From Octopus sinensis (lineage: Eukaryota), in assembly GCF_006345805.1 (NCBI RefSeq), contig NW_021829039.1, positions 1 through 7,041 of the forward strand: 7,041 nucleotides of DNA. The letters are read 5' to 3'. Positions 6,141 to 7,041 of the stretch are shown here, piece by piece. Numbering within the stretch: the first letter of the stretch is position 1; the number at the start of each line of letters is the position of its first letter. The notes beneath the pieces were generated by a model. The model searched no databases and had not been told where the DNA came from. It saw nothing but the letters and a program-made list of their open reading frames with translations. Both the position numbers and the translations under genes were made by a program.

Positions 6141-6300
6141 TTATTATTATTAATTATTATTATTATTATTATCATTATTATTACTATTATTATTATTATT
6201 GAGTGAGAAAGCAGTGCATGCCATCAAAGTGACACTGGGGTAAAATATACGAAGCCCAGTATACCCATCATAACATTATTATTATTATTACTACTACTAC

Positions 6301-6378
<78 letters not shown>

Positions 6379-6387
6379 TACTACTAC

Positions 6388-6458
<71 letters not shown>

Positions 6459-6577
6459 CTACTACTACTACTATTATTATTATTATATTATTATTATCTG
6501 TTTATTATTTATTATTATTATTATTATTATTACTATCTACTACTACTATTATTATTATTTATTATTATTATTATTAC

Positions 6578-6609
<32 letters not shown>

Positions 6610-6709
6610 CTACTACTACTACTATTATTATTATTATTATTATTATTATTACTACTACTACTACTACTATTATTATTATTATTATTATTATTGCTACTAC
6701 TACTACTAC

Positions 6710-6749
<40 letters not shown>

Positions 6750-6850
6750 AGAAGTAGTAGTAGTAGTTGGAATAGTAGTAGTATTTATTGTTCTTGTTGA
6801 AGATGTAGTGTTACTAGAGTTAATGCTGATGTTGTTGTTGTTTGTTTTTT
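6139..6850. repeat. Long compound (ATT)n/(ACT)n microsatellite decaying into (GTA)/(GTT)-rich sequence
   Basis: Direct reading; interrupted at 6201-6274. Confidence 0.97.
6196..6274 (-). mobile_element. 79-bp 3'-terminal fragment of the same element as 4745-5071, inside (ATT)n
   Basis: Its reverse complement matches 4993-5071 with 5 mismatches in 79 bp; (ATT)n lies on both sides. Confidence 0.9.
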
Positions 6851-7041
6851 TTTTCACTTGTTGTTGTTTGCTGAGATTGTTTGCCTTTGTTTGTGTTGTT
6901 TGACTGTTGACGTTAATATACCATTCTGTTTGCTCCTAGCAGAATGTATTTCTCAGGAATTCCTTTCCAATCATTAGCGTGTTTATCTCTCGTCTATATA
7001 TCCCAGGATATTTTCTTCTTTTACTTTCGTTTTCATTTCTC

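Overview
AT-rich, non-coding eukaryotic DNA made almost entirely of transposon relics and microsatellites. The SINE types and (TA)n/(AAT)n content resemble cephalopod (Octopus-like) genomes, a taxon inferred from recall rather than a search. No intact host gene is supported. The main observation is at 581-1364. Two ~228-bp direct repeats (4 differences) sit between (TA)n tracts, and each carries an identical, core-intact type I hammerhead ribozyme on the minus strand. They bracket a Penelope-like (PLE) ORF start, so double cleavage would release a 557-nt retrozyme-like RNA. The window also holds an RTE LINE 3' fragment split by a tRNA-SINE (12-bp TSD) and a degenerate mariner transposase split by a second PLE-type insert (12-bp TSD, inverted tail, minimal hammerhead). 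That insert itself contains an R4/Dong-like 3' fragment, which recurs inverted in the (ATT)n array. Two further SINE clusters and a pogo-like end are present. Hammerheads in PLEs are known in general; whether this particular family or architecture is undescribed cannot be determined without database searches.
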